A stretch of 63,401 nucleotides of DNA, filler included, from Pseudobdellovibrionaceae bacterium (GCA_030591685.1; 11 parts of 11 records of this genome joined end to end with filler, not necessarily neighbours in it), one strand, 5' to 3'. Counted from the whole stretch's first letter, positions 10,401 through 20,946 are shown. Translations and numbers: made by a program. The notes: generated by a model from the sequence alone, not told the origin.

Positions 10401-11447
10401 CTCATTTAATTGACCTTCAAAATCTACCTGCAAATAAGACTGCAACTTTTCAGGAAAAGTGTTTTTTAAGCCCTCAATGCTAAACAAAGTACCTGCTGTG
10501 GCAAGCACTGTGTGGCCCATCGTTAATACATCTAAAATTGCTTTTTGATTCAAAATAGCCACAAGGCTTCTTTTACCATTTACCTTTTCGTATAGGACTA
10601 CATCTCCGGCTGTGAACTCTGGGTGCCCCTCTTTATCTCTTGGGATCAAAATATCTTTATTTAATGCCGGCTTATTATAAATATCTGCAGACTCAATTTC
10701 TGATTCAATAAAAGGCCTCAAACCTCGTGTTAAAAAAGTCCCCTCAAGAGCGTTTCGGTTTTCAAACACGGGGGTCCTAGCGCTTGCTTTATAAGCGTTA
10801 AAAAGTGGGATGGGCTCTTTAAACGCGTACTCAATAATGAAGGCCATATCTATCACCTCAATATCCCCAGATTTTGTAACGACTATTGCCTTTTCTTTAT
10901 CTGTAATAATTGCCTGTGGGTCTATTGATGAAATCGTTTGAACAGCAACCGCCTGTCCGTGCTTAAAGCCAATGATTTTAAGGGCATTATCTTTACTCAC
11001 AAGCTCTACACTGTCTACCACCACTGAGGGCAGGGTTACTGTAGGGTCCCCTAACTCAACTGTTTTTGCACCCACAGTCAAACTTTGCCCTTTTATGTTG
11101 AAGGGGTCGACTATTTCGCTGGGTAATAAATCAATTTGTTTTTCATATATCTGATCCGCTATTTTTTGATGATCTCTGAGAGACTCTCTAACAGCAGGGT
11201 CAGTAATGTGCTCTGCAGATAATACTTTATCGATTGTTGCTATGCTTGCGTGGGCCTTTGGCCACTGAAGGGTTTGAACCCCAAAGGCTATTTGAAAACT
11301 TAAAATTATAGGTGTAGTTTTTTTTAATAACAACTTGAGAGTGTTCTTCAGCGGGGTAAATTTTAGCAACTTCGAGCTCCTTATAAAACTTAAAAGTGCC
11401 CCCCTATTGACGTCTAAACATTTAACCTTAATTGCCTCTGCGCTCAA
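7482..11447 (-). CDS. large hypothetical exported/membrane protein (true start probably about 30-40 codons downstream)
   Basis: 1321-aa ORF; signal-like segment ending KAHA; several TM segments; C-terminus SCRVLFSH. Confidence 0.75.
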   Translation of the reverse strand: MSAEAIKVKCLDVNRGALLSFIRSSKLLKFTPLKNTLKLLLKKTTPIILSFQIAFGVQTLQWPKAHASIATIDKVLSAEHITDPAVRESLRDHQKIADQIYEKQIDLLPSEIVDPFNIKGQSLTVGAKTVELGDPTVTLPSVVVDSVELVSKDNALKIIGFKHGQAVAVQTISSIDPQAIITDKEKAIVVTKSGDIEVIDMAFIIEYAFKEPIPLFNAYKASARTPVFENRNALEGTFLTRGLRPFIESEIESADIYNKPALNKDILIPRDKEGHPEFTAGDVVLYEKVNGKRSLVAILNQKAILDVLTMGHTVLATAGTLFSIEGLKNTFPEKLQSYLQVDFEGQLNEPIHDILAFIESYANAEAEVQRLQSQVNKMTMDEDLLVKRFFASFDQKKMRDLVSRVKKFEGQKQSKHDQFTLLQWAGTYEKINSQSKSIISELESRAKAADIQDAERIQQDINGIKAQQTSEDYRQDYSEILKSYITGNTGFHQLSGTLLDKLRSRSVKTFGKVVLALSAAGLTAWAGGRALEGFSPTIAHEYYFTINNLWDTYASEVLKDSEFRWAAIRGGTYLMALIPLTMLYGYAIVPILKRVQNMYDLAVINKQVSGPLSQKIHNSLKRIINKYEDISVMQRIITISAFPYAVLIKPYMNTALETFLSQPTVRVWKAGLNPFKNIKANSVIGQKLNLQPGQSTYLGFTNLLKVYSKDKSIKINELALKDKALRVSTNEKTITRSLAFKLAAFAVYYENNIDPATLFALVTNEMSLKQLQEIQKSPELQKKWRRTAFAVRHEIQRIINSQGKDIDKLDINDLESFYEIAKQKAEQVQSNPKLKNIILDLKNKFTLLGSNTAKAWGYFGVEENNFLRSKTANKYVADQTFREFWQDHTMVVGVPILGGVRSEVGKLLAENKPHQIVHNPDFFLDTPPPHLTDVTNNTLIHLVMAGPRRMLVMQKTVPVSEGNYTPIEQQQISAANRTEGFFKGAYSWTANVLKFHKTNLGGYYLKGFVRRFNTVQAGITLAVLMRWSLGGQSMEAAWMAGWFSWVAAELYFAWPWMIIDVGNSSEEGRVGVYRGQHETIIQNILKGFRDHDEALVEKSFDDLTRLYQKSGRMALTPVYNMIRQSEKGLNINEDRLNRKDIIKALMDPARKEILGVAGKMYKALEANDDKGLRASYEQLEAVVYKQLDARQLIRQDSSFAKNLADYSLMHSPVFNTPNSTVANVTTFGLGALLTTYLGIELSYDSYEPENLNIETIAKWGAFSLAFYGILYTTMSKYMWENYYLKPFDKIRSGIKKAKVKTFSRPSRGQSSQNSCRVLFSH

Positions 11448-11472
11448 GAATAAATGCTCTTTTGAAATTTAA

Positions 11473-11503
11473 ACCACAAAAGGGCTCTCCGAGCCCCGTT
11501 TTG
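11473..11503 (-). terminator. intrinsic terminator downstream of the putative 6S RNA
   Basis: Minus strand GGGCTC-GGA-GAGCCC followed by TTTT. Confidence 0.55.
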
Positions 11504-11505
11504 GG

Positions 11506-11729
11506 ACCTGTAGGTGTATGGCGCTTAAAAAAAATGGCCTCTGGCCCCTGAACTGGCATGGTTGCACGTGTACACGAGAACCCCCTGCAATGACCGGCCC
11601 CCCGTGATCGGTAAGCATTACGCTGTACTCACCAAGCACAGCCCCCCCCATCAGGCCGTACTATCTTATTGAATTTAATAAGTATTTTTAATTTTTCAGG
11701 AGGCTAAGGCACTCAACACCCCCTTAGGT
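11506..11729 (-). ncRNA. ssrS: putative 6S RNA
   Basis: 5' and 3' ends pair (ACCT/AGGT, GGTGT/ACACC, CTCCTGAA/TTCAGGGG); A-rich bubble; -10-like TATCTT just upstream; terminator downstream. Confidence 0.5.
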
Positions 11730-11814
11730 GGGTAAGATAAAAGGGGGCTTTTACTCAAAATAACCCCTAGCTCCTTGGCTTCTAAATACAACAGACCTGT
11801 GCTAGGTTGTTGCT

Positions 11815-13863
11815 ATGAAAAATACTAGTAATACCAACCCACTCATTGATGTTCCGCCCACAAAGCTAGGTGCTGTGAGCTTTGACTTAATCAAACCGGA
11901 TCACTACGTACCAGCGCTTGAAAAGGCTATAGAGCAGGCCAAGGAGAGGTTGAGTGATATTAAAAGCTCTACTGACACTCCAGACTTTGAGAATACAATT
12001 TTAGCCCTTGAAACCTCAGGACAACATGTTAACTGGATTGCAGGGATATATTTTAACCTGCTTGTTGCTGAAACAACAGAAGAGCTGCAAGCCCTCGCCC
12101 AAACAATTGGGCCACTACTTTCAAAATTTAGTAACGACACTGACTTAGATGCTGAGCTTTTCAAAAAGGTAGATCACGTTTTTAAGGGGCAAAACCGTTT
12201 AGATTTAAACTCAGAGCAAATTCAACTTCTGACCGAAACCCACTCTGCTTTTGTGAGAAATGGAGCCCTACTCAGTGAAAGCGACAAACAAACTCTAAGA
12301 ACTATTGACGAAGAGCTCTCTAAGCTGTCCCCTCAGTTTTCAGAAAACGTACTCAAAGCAACAAATAAATACGAACTCCATGTGACTGATGATAAAGATG
12401 TTGAGGGCTTACCAAAAAGTGCACTCGCCGTTGCCAAAGAGCTGGCTTTAAAAAGTGAAAAGCCAGGTTGGATTTTTACGCTCCACGGCCCCAGCCTTAC
12501 CCCCTTTATAACTTATTGTAAAAACAGAGAACTCCGCAAGCAAATTTTAACAGCTTACAACTCAAGGTCTTTTAATGATGATTTTGACAACCAAGAAAAT
12601 ATTAAAAAAATTACTCAGTTAAATTTTAAACGAGCCAATCTTTTAGGTTTTAGCACTTATGCTGAGTACGTTTTACAAAAAAGAATGGCCGAAAACCCAA
12701 AAACCGTTTACGGGTTTTTAGATGAGCTTTTAACGTATGCAAAACCGGCTGCCGAACGAGAGATTAAAGAGCTTACAGCGTTTGCAAAAAAAACTGACAA
12801 CATTGATCAATTACAAAATTGGGATACAAAATTTTATATTGAAAAACTAAAAAAAGAAAAGTTTAGTTTTGATGACGAGGACTTACGCCCCTACTTTAAA
12901 CTTGAAAATGTTATTCAGGGGGCCTTTGACCATGCTAGTAAACTTTATGGGGTTGAATTTCGACCATCCAATGATTACCCCCTTTACCATAAAGATGTGA
13001 ACACCTATGAGGTTTATAAAGTAAATTCTGACGAACTTGTCGGCTTATTTTATACGGACTTCTTTCCAAGGGCCAGCAAACAAGGCGGGGCTTGGATGAC
13101 CGTATACTTAGAGCAGGGGATTTATAATGACAGCGTACAACGCCCACATGTTTCAATTGTGTGTAACTTTACGCCCTCAACAACTGATAGCCCATCTCTT
13201 TTAACTTACCTTGAGGTAAGAACATTATTTCATGAGTTTGGCCACGCCCTACATGGGTTGCTCTCTGACTGCACTTATCAAAGTATTGCTGGCACCAACG
13301 TGTATTGGGATTTTGTAGAGCTCCCCTCACAAATCATGGAAAACTGGACCCTTGAAAAAGAGAGCCTTATGTTGTTTGCTAAACACCACCAAACAGGAGA
13401 ACTCATACCTGATAATTTAATTAAAAAACTTAAAAGTAGTTCACAGTTTATGGCGGGCCTACATAACATGAGGCAGTTAAAGTTGTGTGCCCTTGATATG
13501 GGATGGTTTGAAAACAACTCACCTGATGATATTACAAATGTAGACGACTTTGAGTCTGCAGCCACTAAAAACCTAGAGGTCCTTCCCAGCACAAAGGGTA
13601 CAAATATATCGTGTAGCTTTTCTCATATTTTTGGCGGTGGGTATGCCGCTGGCTACTATAGCTATAAATGGGCTGAAGTTTTAGATGCTGACGCCTTTGA
13701 GTACTTTCAAGAAAAAGGTGTTTTTAACAAAGAAGTTTCAGAAAAATTTAAAGAAAATATATTAACTAAGGGGGGCTCGAGACACCCCTTAAAGCTCTAT
13801 GAAAATTTTAGAGGGCGAAAACCTGACCCCAAGGCACTTCTTAGAAGAGATGGTTTAATTTAA
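11815..13863 (+). CDS. M3 family metallopeptidase (peptidyl-dipeptidase Dcp / oligopeptidase A)
   Basis: FHEFGHALH, DFVELPSQ, GYYSYKWAEVLDAD. Confidence 0.95.
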   Translation: MKNTSNTNPLIDVPPTKLGAVSFDLIKPDHYVPALEKAIEQAKERLSDIKSSTDTPDFENTILALETSGQHVNWIAGIYFNLLVAETTEELQALAQTIGPLLSKFSNDTDLDAELFKKVDHVFKGQNRLDLNSEQIQLLTETHSAFVRNGALLSESDKQTLRTIDEELSKLSPQFSENVLKATNKYELHVTDDKDVEGLPKSALAVAKELALKSEKPGWIFTLHGPSLTPFITYCKNRELRKQILTAYNSRSFNDDFDNQENIKKITQLNFKRANLLGFSTYAEYVLQKRMAENPKTVYGFLDELLTYAKPAAEREIKELTAFAKKTDNIDQLQNWDTKFYIEKLKKEKFSFDDEDLRPYFKLENVIQGAFDHASKLYGVEFRPSNDYPLYHKDVNTYEVYKVNSDELVGLFYTDFFPRASKQGGAWMTVYLEQGIYNDSVQRPHVSIVCNFTPSTTDSPSLLTYLEVRTLFHEFGHALHGLLSDCTYQSIAGTNVYWDFVELPSQIMENWTLEKESLMLFAKHHQTGELIPDNLIKKLKSSSQFMAGLHNMRQLKLCALDMGWFENNSPDDITNVDDFESAATKNLEVLPSTKGTNISCSFSHIFGGGYAAGYYSYKWAEVLDADAFEYFQEKGVFNKEVSEKFKENILTKGGSRHPLKLYENFRGRKPDPKALLRRDGLI

Positions 13864-13884
13864 AATTAATATTAAGGATATACT

Positions 13885-14760
13885 TTGAATCAAAAAAAGT
13901 TCAAAAAAAAGATTACAAATGTAGCCATTGTCTACAGGCCCGCAAAACCAGAGGCTTTAGAGCTGGCCTGCGAACTGGGCGCTTGGCTTACAGGACGTGG
14001 CATAAAAGTTTACTCACACCCTGAGAGAAAATTTAAACTCAAAAATAAATTTGCCCCTGTAGTCAAAGAGCTCAACACTTTAGACCTAGTTATAGTCCTT
14101 GGTGGTGACGGCACATACCTTGAGGCCGTGCGCCTGCTAAATGGTAAAAAAGCCCCTATACTGGGTATTAACCTTGGATCCTTAGGTTTTTTAACAGAAA
14201 CCCCTAGCGAGGATCTATACCCTGTTATGAACATGACCCTTGATGGGCATATGGAGATGCGACCCAGATCACTATTAAAAGTCAGTGTTAAAAATAAGGG
14301 CAAAGTCGTTTCAAAAGCCAGTGCGCTGAACGATATTGTTATTGAGCGCGGCTCACGAAGCCAGTTAATTAGCCTGCAAACACTTTGCGGTAACTTACCC
14401 GTGAGTGAGGTTAAAGCTGACGGAGTAATTATTGCCACCCCCACGGGGTCAACAGCATATAATTTAGCCGCCGGAGGGCCTATTTTACACCCTGATGTTG
14501 CCGGGTTTGTACTCACCCCCATTTGCCCACACAGCTTAACAAACCGCCCTATTATATTTCATGACAATCAAAAGCTAAAACTAAAGCTCACATACTCTCA
14601 CCAGGCGACCCTTACTGTTGACGGCAAAGTGTTGTGTAATGTGTCCGACAAAGAAGACCTCATCATTGAAAAGTGTAAGACTTCACATTATGTATTAAAA
14701 AAGCCAACGCATAATTATTTTGATTTATTAAATAAAAAATTAAGTTTTGGTAAAAGGTAA
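13885..14760 (+). CDS. nadK: NAD+ kinase
   Basis: GGDGT, ND, TPTGSTAYNLAAGGP; directly upstream of recN. Confidence 0.95.
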   Translation: MNQKKFKKKITNVAIVYRPAKPEALELACELGAWLTGRGIKVYSHPERKFKLKNKFAPVVKELNTLDLVIVLGGDGTYLEAVRLLNGKKAPILGINLGSLGFLTETPSEDLYPVMNMTLDGHMEMRPRSLLKVSVKNKGKVVSKASALNDIVIERGSRSQLISLQTLCGNLPVSEVKADGVIIATPTGSTAYNLAAGGPILHPDVAGFVLTPICPHSLTNRPIIFHDNQKLKLKLTYSHQATLTVDGKVLCNVSDKEDLIIEKCKTSHYVLKKPTHNYFDLLNKKLSFGKR

Positions 14761-14783
14761 TTTTTTTATAATTGGGGGTAAAA

Positions 14784-16334
14784 ATGTTAGTCGAGCTTAA
14801 TGTTTCAGATTTTGCAATTATTGAAAACATAAATATACATTTTCAAGCGGGGCTCAATATTATTAGCGGTGAAACAGGGGCCGGAAAATCTATTTTACTT
14901 AAAAGCCTTGGTTTATTAATGGGCCAAAAGGCCTCGACAGATACAGTTCGATGCGGCTGCAAACAGGCCTCTATTGAGGGTCTTTTTGATCTCTCTAAAA
15001 GACCTGACATTGTCAGCAAGCTATTAAGCTTCGACATAGAGTGTGAAGACGATATGCTTGTTGTCAGGCGCATTGTCTCAAAGCAAAGTAAGTCTCGTAT
15101 TTATTTAAATGGCTCTTTAGTGTCACTTCATAATTTACGCGATGTTGTTTCGCCATTACTAGAGGTTACGGGTCAAAGCTCACCCCTTATTGAGATGACC
15201 GGTCAGCACGAAAACAAAAATTTGCTCTCTAAAAGCTATCATTTAGAGGTGTTGGATCAATACGCCGGAGCCCTGGAGTTAAGAGAGAGCTTTCACATAG
15301 ATTATAAAGAGTATTTACTTGTTAAAAAACAAATACTAAAAATAGAGTCTGATGCCCTTGTACAAGAGCAGAGAATTGATTTTTTAAAGTTTCAAAAAAA
15401 TGAAATAGAAAAGTTAGACCTCAAACCTGGCGACGAAGCGCTCATCGAAGACCGTATTAAAAAAATAAGAAACTCCGATAGAATCATTAGTTTTATAAAA
15501 AATACTGATAGCGCCCTATACTCCAGCCCTGATTCGGCACTCACCCGTATTCATAGTGTTCTAAAACAGCTTAATGATGTCAAAACCTTAGACCCATCAT
15601 TTATTGAAAAATCTAAAAATTTAGAGCAGGCTCAGTCCTTAATTGAAGACAGTTTATTTGAAATGAACAAGCACCTCAGTGAAATCAGTTGTGACAGTGA
15701 GGATTTATCTAAATTAGAGAGCCGGCTTAATGACATCAGACAACTACAAAAAAAGTTTGGCCCCACTGTTGAGGATATTTTAGAGGCCCAAGAAGTGATC
15801 AACAGTGAGCTCCAAGTTATTAGTACTGCCGATCAAACCCTTAAAAACCTACAAAGTAAAAATAGTCGACTTGAAAAAGAGCTTCACCTAAAAAGTGAAA
15901 ACCTACATAAAGTTAGAGTGAGTGCGGCAGCTCTTTTAACTAAAGGCATTAATGATGAGCTTATAGACCTCAACATGAAGGGGCTCACTTTTGATATTCG
16001 AATCGAAAAACTCGAGCAACTCACCCTCACCGGCTCATCAGACGTAGAGTTTTTAACTAAAACCTCTAAGGCTGATGAGCTCAGACCCTTAGCTAAATTT
16101 GCCAGCGGCGGGGAGTTAAGCCGCATTCTGCTCTCTATAAAGCGCATTGTTGGGACCTCCACTAAGCCACGAACCTATCTTTTTGACGAAGTTGATGCGG
16201 GCGTAAGTGGCGAGACCGCACAAAAAGTCGGCCGAAAATTACAGTCTATTTCAATCGGCGGACAGGTGATATGTGTAACACATTTACCCCAGGTTGCTAG
16301 TTTTGCTAATTCTCATTTTTTAATTCAAAAGTCC
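14784..16334 (+). CDS. recN: DNA repair protein RecN (3' end cut by contig end)
   Basis: GETGAGKS, ASGGELSR, FDEVDAG, VTHLPQVA. Confidence 0.95.
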
Positions 16335-16434
16335 NNNNNNNNNNNNNNNNNNNNNNNNNNNNNNNNNNNNNNNNNNNNTTAATTAATTAANNNNNNNNNN
16401 NNNNNNNNNNNNNNNNNNNNNNNNNNNNNNNNNN
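16335..16434. other. artificial contig linker; identical linkers at 24595-24694, 29277-29376, 34678-34777, 36964-37063, 45311-45410, 47864-47963, 52102-52201, 55118-55217 and 60175-60274
   Basis: 100-bp N44-TTAATTAATTAA-N44 spacer with stops in all frames, present ten times. Confidence 0.98.
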
Positions 16435-16864
16435 AATCGAATACATGGCTCATTAAAAATGATGTCACCCAATGATTTCACACAGAAATATGAAAAAAAT
16501 GAGGTGCAAATACTAGACGTTTTTCTATAATAAAAATTCCGGAATTAGGGGGTTGACCCGGTAATATTGCACTCGTTATTTTCCATTGCATCCTTAATGG
16601 TTTCATTGCTAACAGCAAAGGATAAAGATGATGCCAGAAGAGCTAGTCCTGTTAATATTATCTTCATAAAGTTCTCCGTATTTTAAACTAATCGTTTTAA
16701 TTTAACCGTTGCCCACAAATTACTTGCCTTAATATACACACAAAAAGGAGGTATTGACCTCAACAATCACGAGCATTTACTTTTTTTCAAAAAGAGTCTA
16801 AAGGTGCAATGATTATTTTTTTAATAAATTCTTAATTATTATTATATTCTTCTTAAAAACGTGG

Positions 16865-18082
16865 CTAATACACCCATGAGTACCGAGCCCATAGTTCAGT
16901 GCCTGCGTCGGCTGAGTCGGATAGGTTGCTAGCGGATCTCTCACCCATAAGGGTATCGCTTTCATAGTAGTTATAACCAACGGTAAAAATCCCCTGCCCT
17001 AATTGACGATCTGCTGAAAGCTCAAGGCCATACGAACTGTTTGTATTATAAAGCAGTCGAACATCAAAGGCCCCGCTTCTCTTAAATGTAAACTTGTGGG
17101 GCATGTGGTAGCCGACTGTGATCTCTGTCGCCTCTTCGCCCTTGTAGATTTTCTCTACAGAAAACGGCACCGAGTAATTTGTGGCTCTATAGCTTGATGA
17201 AATTTTATAGGACAGCCCATTTCGATTTAAAAAGTGTGACACATCGGGGAGTTTAAACCCACCCACTTCAAAGGCTTTTACCCCTGGGTCTCCGTTAACA
17301 ATATAATTATAAACACCCCACGCATAGGCCCAGTAAGTGAAACTAAAAATTCTCGAGTTATTACTCCCTGATTTTATATCATCCAAAGTAATAGCGTAGG
17401 CTTTAGCGTTATAAATAGTAATGAGCTGGTCGATGTCACCTATATTACTACCAAGCACGGTAATTCTGGCGTAATCATAGGCATCCATTTTGCCCCTCAT
17501 ATAGGCCCGCATTTGATTAATGTGTCCGGTATTATAATAGACTTCCTTTTCTAAAAATTCTGAAAACATGGCGGAGTTATTTACACCTGCCGTGAGCACA
17601 ACCGTAGAAGTCCACTCCGTTGGCAAGGCATGAAATGTAAGGGTGATCGCCGTGGTCGCCCCTTTGTTAAAGCGACCAAACCCTTCTAAAAAAAATGAAA
17701 ATATATCTTTATGACCGGTAGCTCCACCAACGGTCCAAGTATAAGTGGGTGTTGAGTCTATCGCCAAGGCCCGGGTGCCGTGGCCAAGCTCATGGTTAGA
17801 AACAAAAAAGGCATACTGAGGTTTCTCCCAAGCCATCGCCATGGCCCCGGTCCACAGTAATCGACCTAATATGTTTTCACCAATAAAGGGGGCTCTCGCA
17901 ACGTAGTCAAAAATACTCGAACCCAAGTACTCAAACTCTAAACCAAACTGCCAAAAGCCTCGTGTTGAATTAGAGCTGGCGGGGTAGCTAGTGTCTAAAG
18001 AAAATGTATAATCGAGCTCATGACTTTTACTAAAACCCTGCCATGAAAACATAAGTATAGTAATTGTTAATAAATATTTCAT
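16865..18082 (-). CDS. hypothetical exported protein with an HExxH motif and a beta-barrel-like C-terminus
   Basis: Signal peptide; NHELGHG; ends ELWARYSWVY. Confidence 0.65.
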   Translation of the reverse strand: MKYLLTITILMFSWQGFSKSHELDYTFSLDTSYPASSNSTRGFWQFGLEFEYLGSSIFDYVARAPFIGENILGRLLWTGAMAMAWEKPQYAFFVSNHELGHGTRALAIDSTPTYTWTVGGATGHKDIFSFFLEGFGRFNKGATTAITLTFHALPTEWTSTVVLTAGVNNSAMFSEFLEKEVYYNTGHINQMRAYMRGKMDAYDYARITVLGSNIGDIDQLITIYNAKAYAITLDDIKSGSNNSRIFSFTYWAYAWGVYNYIVNGDPGVKAFEVGGFKLPDVSHFLNRNGLSYKISSSYRATNYSVPFSVEKIYKGEEATEITVGYHMPHKFTFKRSGAFDVRLLYNTNSSYGLELSADRQLGQGIFTVGYNYYESDTLMGERSASNLSDSADAGTELWARYSWVY

Positions 18083-18374
18083 ACCCCTATGCTAGCTACT
18101 CGCTCAAATAGCAGCAACTGTTTTTTAAACCCTTCTCTATATAAATACGCTGACAGAAATAAAATCATCATCACCTCCAACAGCCACTTGGTAAAATTAA
18201 CTTTTCTCAAAAATAACGCTCTTCAATGCCTCTGACTAAATCCCAGAGGGTAAGCGATAAAACTTGCCAAAGTGACCCTGCTCCTGCCTATGGACATAAA
18301 ATACTGTCGAGCCCTTTTATTTTAAGCCTAATAAAACTCTGGCCCCTGTGGGCAAATTCAGATACTGTTCACCT

Positions 18375-20036
18375 ATGGATACAGAGAGAAGTAAAAATTT
18401 TATTGAGCAAATCATCCAATCTGACATTGATTCTGGTAAACACCAAAAGGTGATCACCCGATTTCCGCCTGAACCCAATGGATATTTACATATTGGGCAT
18501 GCAAAATCGTTTTGTTTAAACTTTGGTCTGGCTGTGTCCTTTAAAGGCCAGTGTCATTTACGATTTGACGACACGAACCCCTTAACAGAAGACTCTGAGT
18601 TTATTGACGGCATCAAACAAGACTTATCTTGGATGGGTTTTGACTGGGGTAATAATTTATTTTTTGCCTCTGATTATTTTGAGGCCCTTTATGGTTTTGC
18701 TGTACAGCTGATTAAGGCTGATAAAGCATATGTTGATGACCTCCCTGTTGAAGAGATCAGAAACCTTCGCGGCTCTTTAACAAAGCCCGGGCAAGCGAGC
18801 CCAGGCCGAGCCAACTGTGTTGAAAAAAACTTAGATCTTTTTACACGCATGCGCGCAGGTGAGTTTAGTGATGGAGCCATGGTACTCAGAGCTAAAATTG
18901 ATATGAGCTCACCTAACATGAACATGCGTGACCCCTTGATTTATCGCATTCGTAAAGCCACTCATCATAGGCAGGGCGATAAATGGTGTATTTACCCTTT
19001 ATATGATTTTACTCACCCCCTCTCTGATATGATCGAGGGGGTCACACACTCTGTGTGTACCCTTGAGTTTGCCGACCACAGACCACTTTATGACTGGTTA
19101 CTTGATGAGCTTAAAACCCCCTGCCACCCGCAACAAATTGAGTTCGCGCGCTTAAATATCGACTACACTATAATGAGTAAACGTAACTTACTTGAACTTG
19201 TTAACGAGAAACTCGTTAATGGTTGGGACGACCCCCGAATGCCCACCATTAAAGGCCTTCGAAGGCGAGGTTACACCCCGACAGCTATAAAAAACTTTGC
19301 AGAAGCCATTGGAGTCACTAAAAAAGACTCTATCATCGCGCTAAGCACCCTTGAACATTACATACGTGAAGACCTTAACGAAAAGGCCCCCAGGGCTATG
19401 TGTGTCGTTGACCCTATAAAAGTTGTCATTGAAAACTACGAAGCCGAAGAAGAATGGCTAGAGGCCAAGATACACCCTAAAAAACCCGAGCTCGGCACTC
19501 GTAAAATACCCTTTAGTAAAGAACTCTACATTGATGCAAACGATTTTAACGAAAACCCGCCACCTAAATACTTTAGACTGACCCCCGGCGGCCGAGTTCG
19601 CCTGCGAAACGCCTACGTTATTGAGTGCCATAAGGTCATTAAAAATGATCAAGGGCAAGTGATCGAACTAAGGTGCACCTACGACGTCGAAACAAAATCA
19701 GGTAAAACCCCCGAGGGTCAAAAAAAGGTTAAGGGCATTATACATTGGGTAAGTAAACCTCATGCCCTTAACTGTGAGGTCCGAATTTATGACCGCTTAT
19801 TTACCGACCCCAACCCCGGCGGACACAAAGATACAAACTTTAAAGAATTTTTAAACCCTGACTCATTAACGATTATTAAAAGTGCGTATGTTGAACCCAG
19901 CATTGGTACCCCTAAAACAGAAGACCACTTTCAGTTTGAACGATTAGGGTATTTTTGTGCCGACAAGGACTCTACAGAGAATGCGCTCGTATTTAACAGA
20001 ACTGTCACCCTCAAAGATACTTGGGCAAAAAAATAA
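18375..20036 (+). CDS. glnS: glutamine--tRNA ligase
   Basis: TRFPPEPNGYLHIGHAK, MSKR, FQFERLGYF; ATG at 18375 preferred. Confidence 0.95.
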   Translation: MDTERSKNFIEQIIQSDIDSGKHQKVITRFPPEPNGYLHIGHAKSFCLNFGLAVSFKGQCHLRFDDTNPLTEDSEFIDGIKQDLSWMGFDWGNNLFFASDYFEALYGFAVQLIKADKAYVDDLPVEEIRNLRGSLTKPGQASPGRANCVEKNLDLFTRMRAGEFSDGAMVLRAKIDMSSPNMNMRDPLIYRIRKATHHRQGDKWCIYPLYDFTHPLSDMIEGVTHSVCTLEFADHRPLYDWLLDELKTPCHPQQIEFARLNIDYTIMSKRNLLELVNEKLVNGWDDPRMPTIKGLRRRGYTPTAIKNFAEAIGVTKKDSIIALSTLEHYIREDLNEKAPRAMCVVDPIKVVIENYEAEEEWLEAKIHPKKPELGTRKIPFSKELYIDANDFNENPPPKYFRLTPGGRVRLRNAYVIECHKVIKNDQGQVIELRCTYDVETKSGKTPEGQKKVKGIIHWVSKPHALNCEVRIYDRLFTDPNPGGHKDTNFKEFLNPDSLTIIKSAYVEPSIGTPKTEDHFQFERLGYFCADKDSTENALVFNRTVTLKDTWAKK

Positions 20037-20073
20037 CTTATCCGTTTTTATACGAAGTTATTTTCAAAGAAAC

Positions 20074-20946
20074 TCATTTAAAAAAAATATAAAGCCACTT
20101 ATCAATCACGGGCACCATAACAAACACAAGCATACTGCCGTTGACCCATAAAAAAAACTTAAGCCAGCCCTTTTCACCTTGGGACTTATTATATTTTAAA
20201 AATTCATATAAAACTTTTAAGGCAAACGGTAAAACTAAAATAAAATAAAACACATGAGCTCTAACAAACCAAGGTGATACAATGGCTATGGCAATGTAAA
20301 TATACGTATAAAGCCCCATATGAAAGAGCGTTCTTGGGACCCCTAAGGCCACTGGCAGGGTGGGTATGCTCCCTAAAGCGTAATCTTCTTTATACCGAAC
20401 CGCTAAGCACCAAAAATGGGGCATTTGCCATAAAAACATAATTAAAAATACATATATCGCCTCGGGCTCTAAAAATTGAGCCGAGCTTACTGAGTACCCG
20501 ACAAGTACAGGCATAGCGCCAGGTATTGCCCCTGGCACGGCGGCAAAGGCCCATCTTTTTTTCCACCACATGGTGTAAAGGGCGTTATACATAATCACCG
20601 TAGAAAGCCCTAAGTAACAGGTAACGGGATTAATCATATATAAAAGAAACGAGCCTAGCGTAATAAAAAGCGTTGAAAAAACATATACTGCCCAAGGCTT
20701 AAACACCCCTTTAGGTAAAGGGCGGTTTTTAGTGCGAGGCATTTTAGCGTCAATCTCTACCTCTTGAGCCTCGTTTAAAGCAAAGCTCCCTGAGCTTAAA
20801 AAATAAAGCCCCAGTAAAAACACAATGACATTAGTAAAAGCAAACCCCTCTCTGGGGTAATAGCTCAAAGCAAACCCGGCCGCCCCAGTGAGCAGCACAA
20901 AAACAACAATCCCAAATTTTGTTAAATCTAGATAAGCCTTTATCAA
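20074..20946 (-). CDS. ctaB: protoheme IX farnesyltransferase (heme O synthase)
   Basis: DAKMPRTKNRPLP, FLWQMPHFW. Confidence 0.93.
   Translation of the reverse strand: MIKAYLDLTKFGIVVFVLLTGAAGFALSYYPREGFAFTNVIVFLLGLYFLSSGSFALNEAQEVEIDAKMPRTKNRPLPKGVFKPWAVYVFSTLFITLGSFLLYMINPVTCYLGLSTVIMYNALYTMWWKKRWAFAAVPGAIPGAMPVLVGYSVSSAQFLEPEAIYVFLIMFLWQMPHFWCLAVRYKEDYALGSIPTLPVALGVPRTLFHMGLYTYIYIAIAIVSPWFVRAHVFYFILVLPFALKVLYEFLKYNKSQGEKGWLKFFLWVNGSMLVFVMVPVIDKWLYIFFK

Noticed and set aside
11469..11651. 60-aa ORF, and the many short antisense ORFs nested in long genes
   Set aside because: No recognisable motifs; they overlap better-supported genes or the putative RNA
16335..16434. Recurrent TTAATTAATTAA within N runs as a biological repeat
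   Set aside because: Identical 100-bp artificial linkers; gene adjacency across them is meaningless and X-containing ORF tails are artefacts
16545..16667. Short minus-strand ORF with RBS and signal peptide (MKIILTGLALLASSLSFA...)
   Set aside because: Stops after 40 codons and neither alternative frame continues far; possibly a decayed gene, but not supportable as a feature
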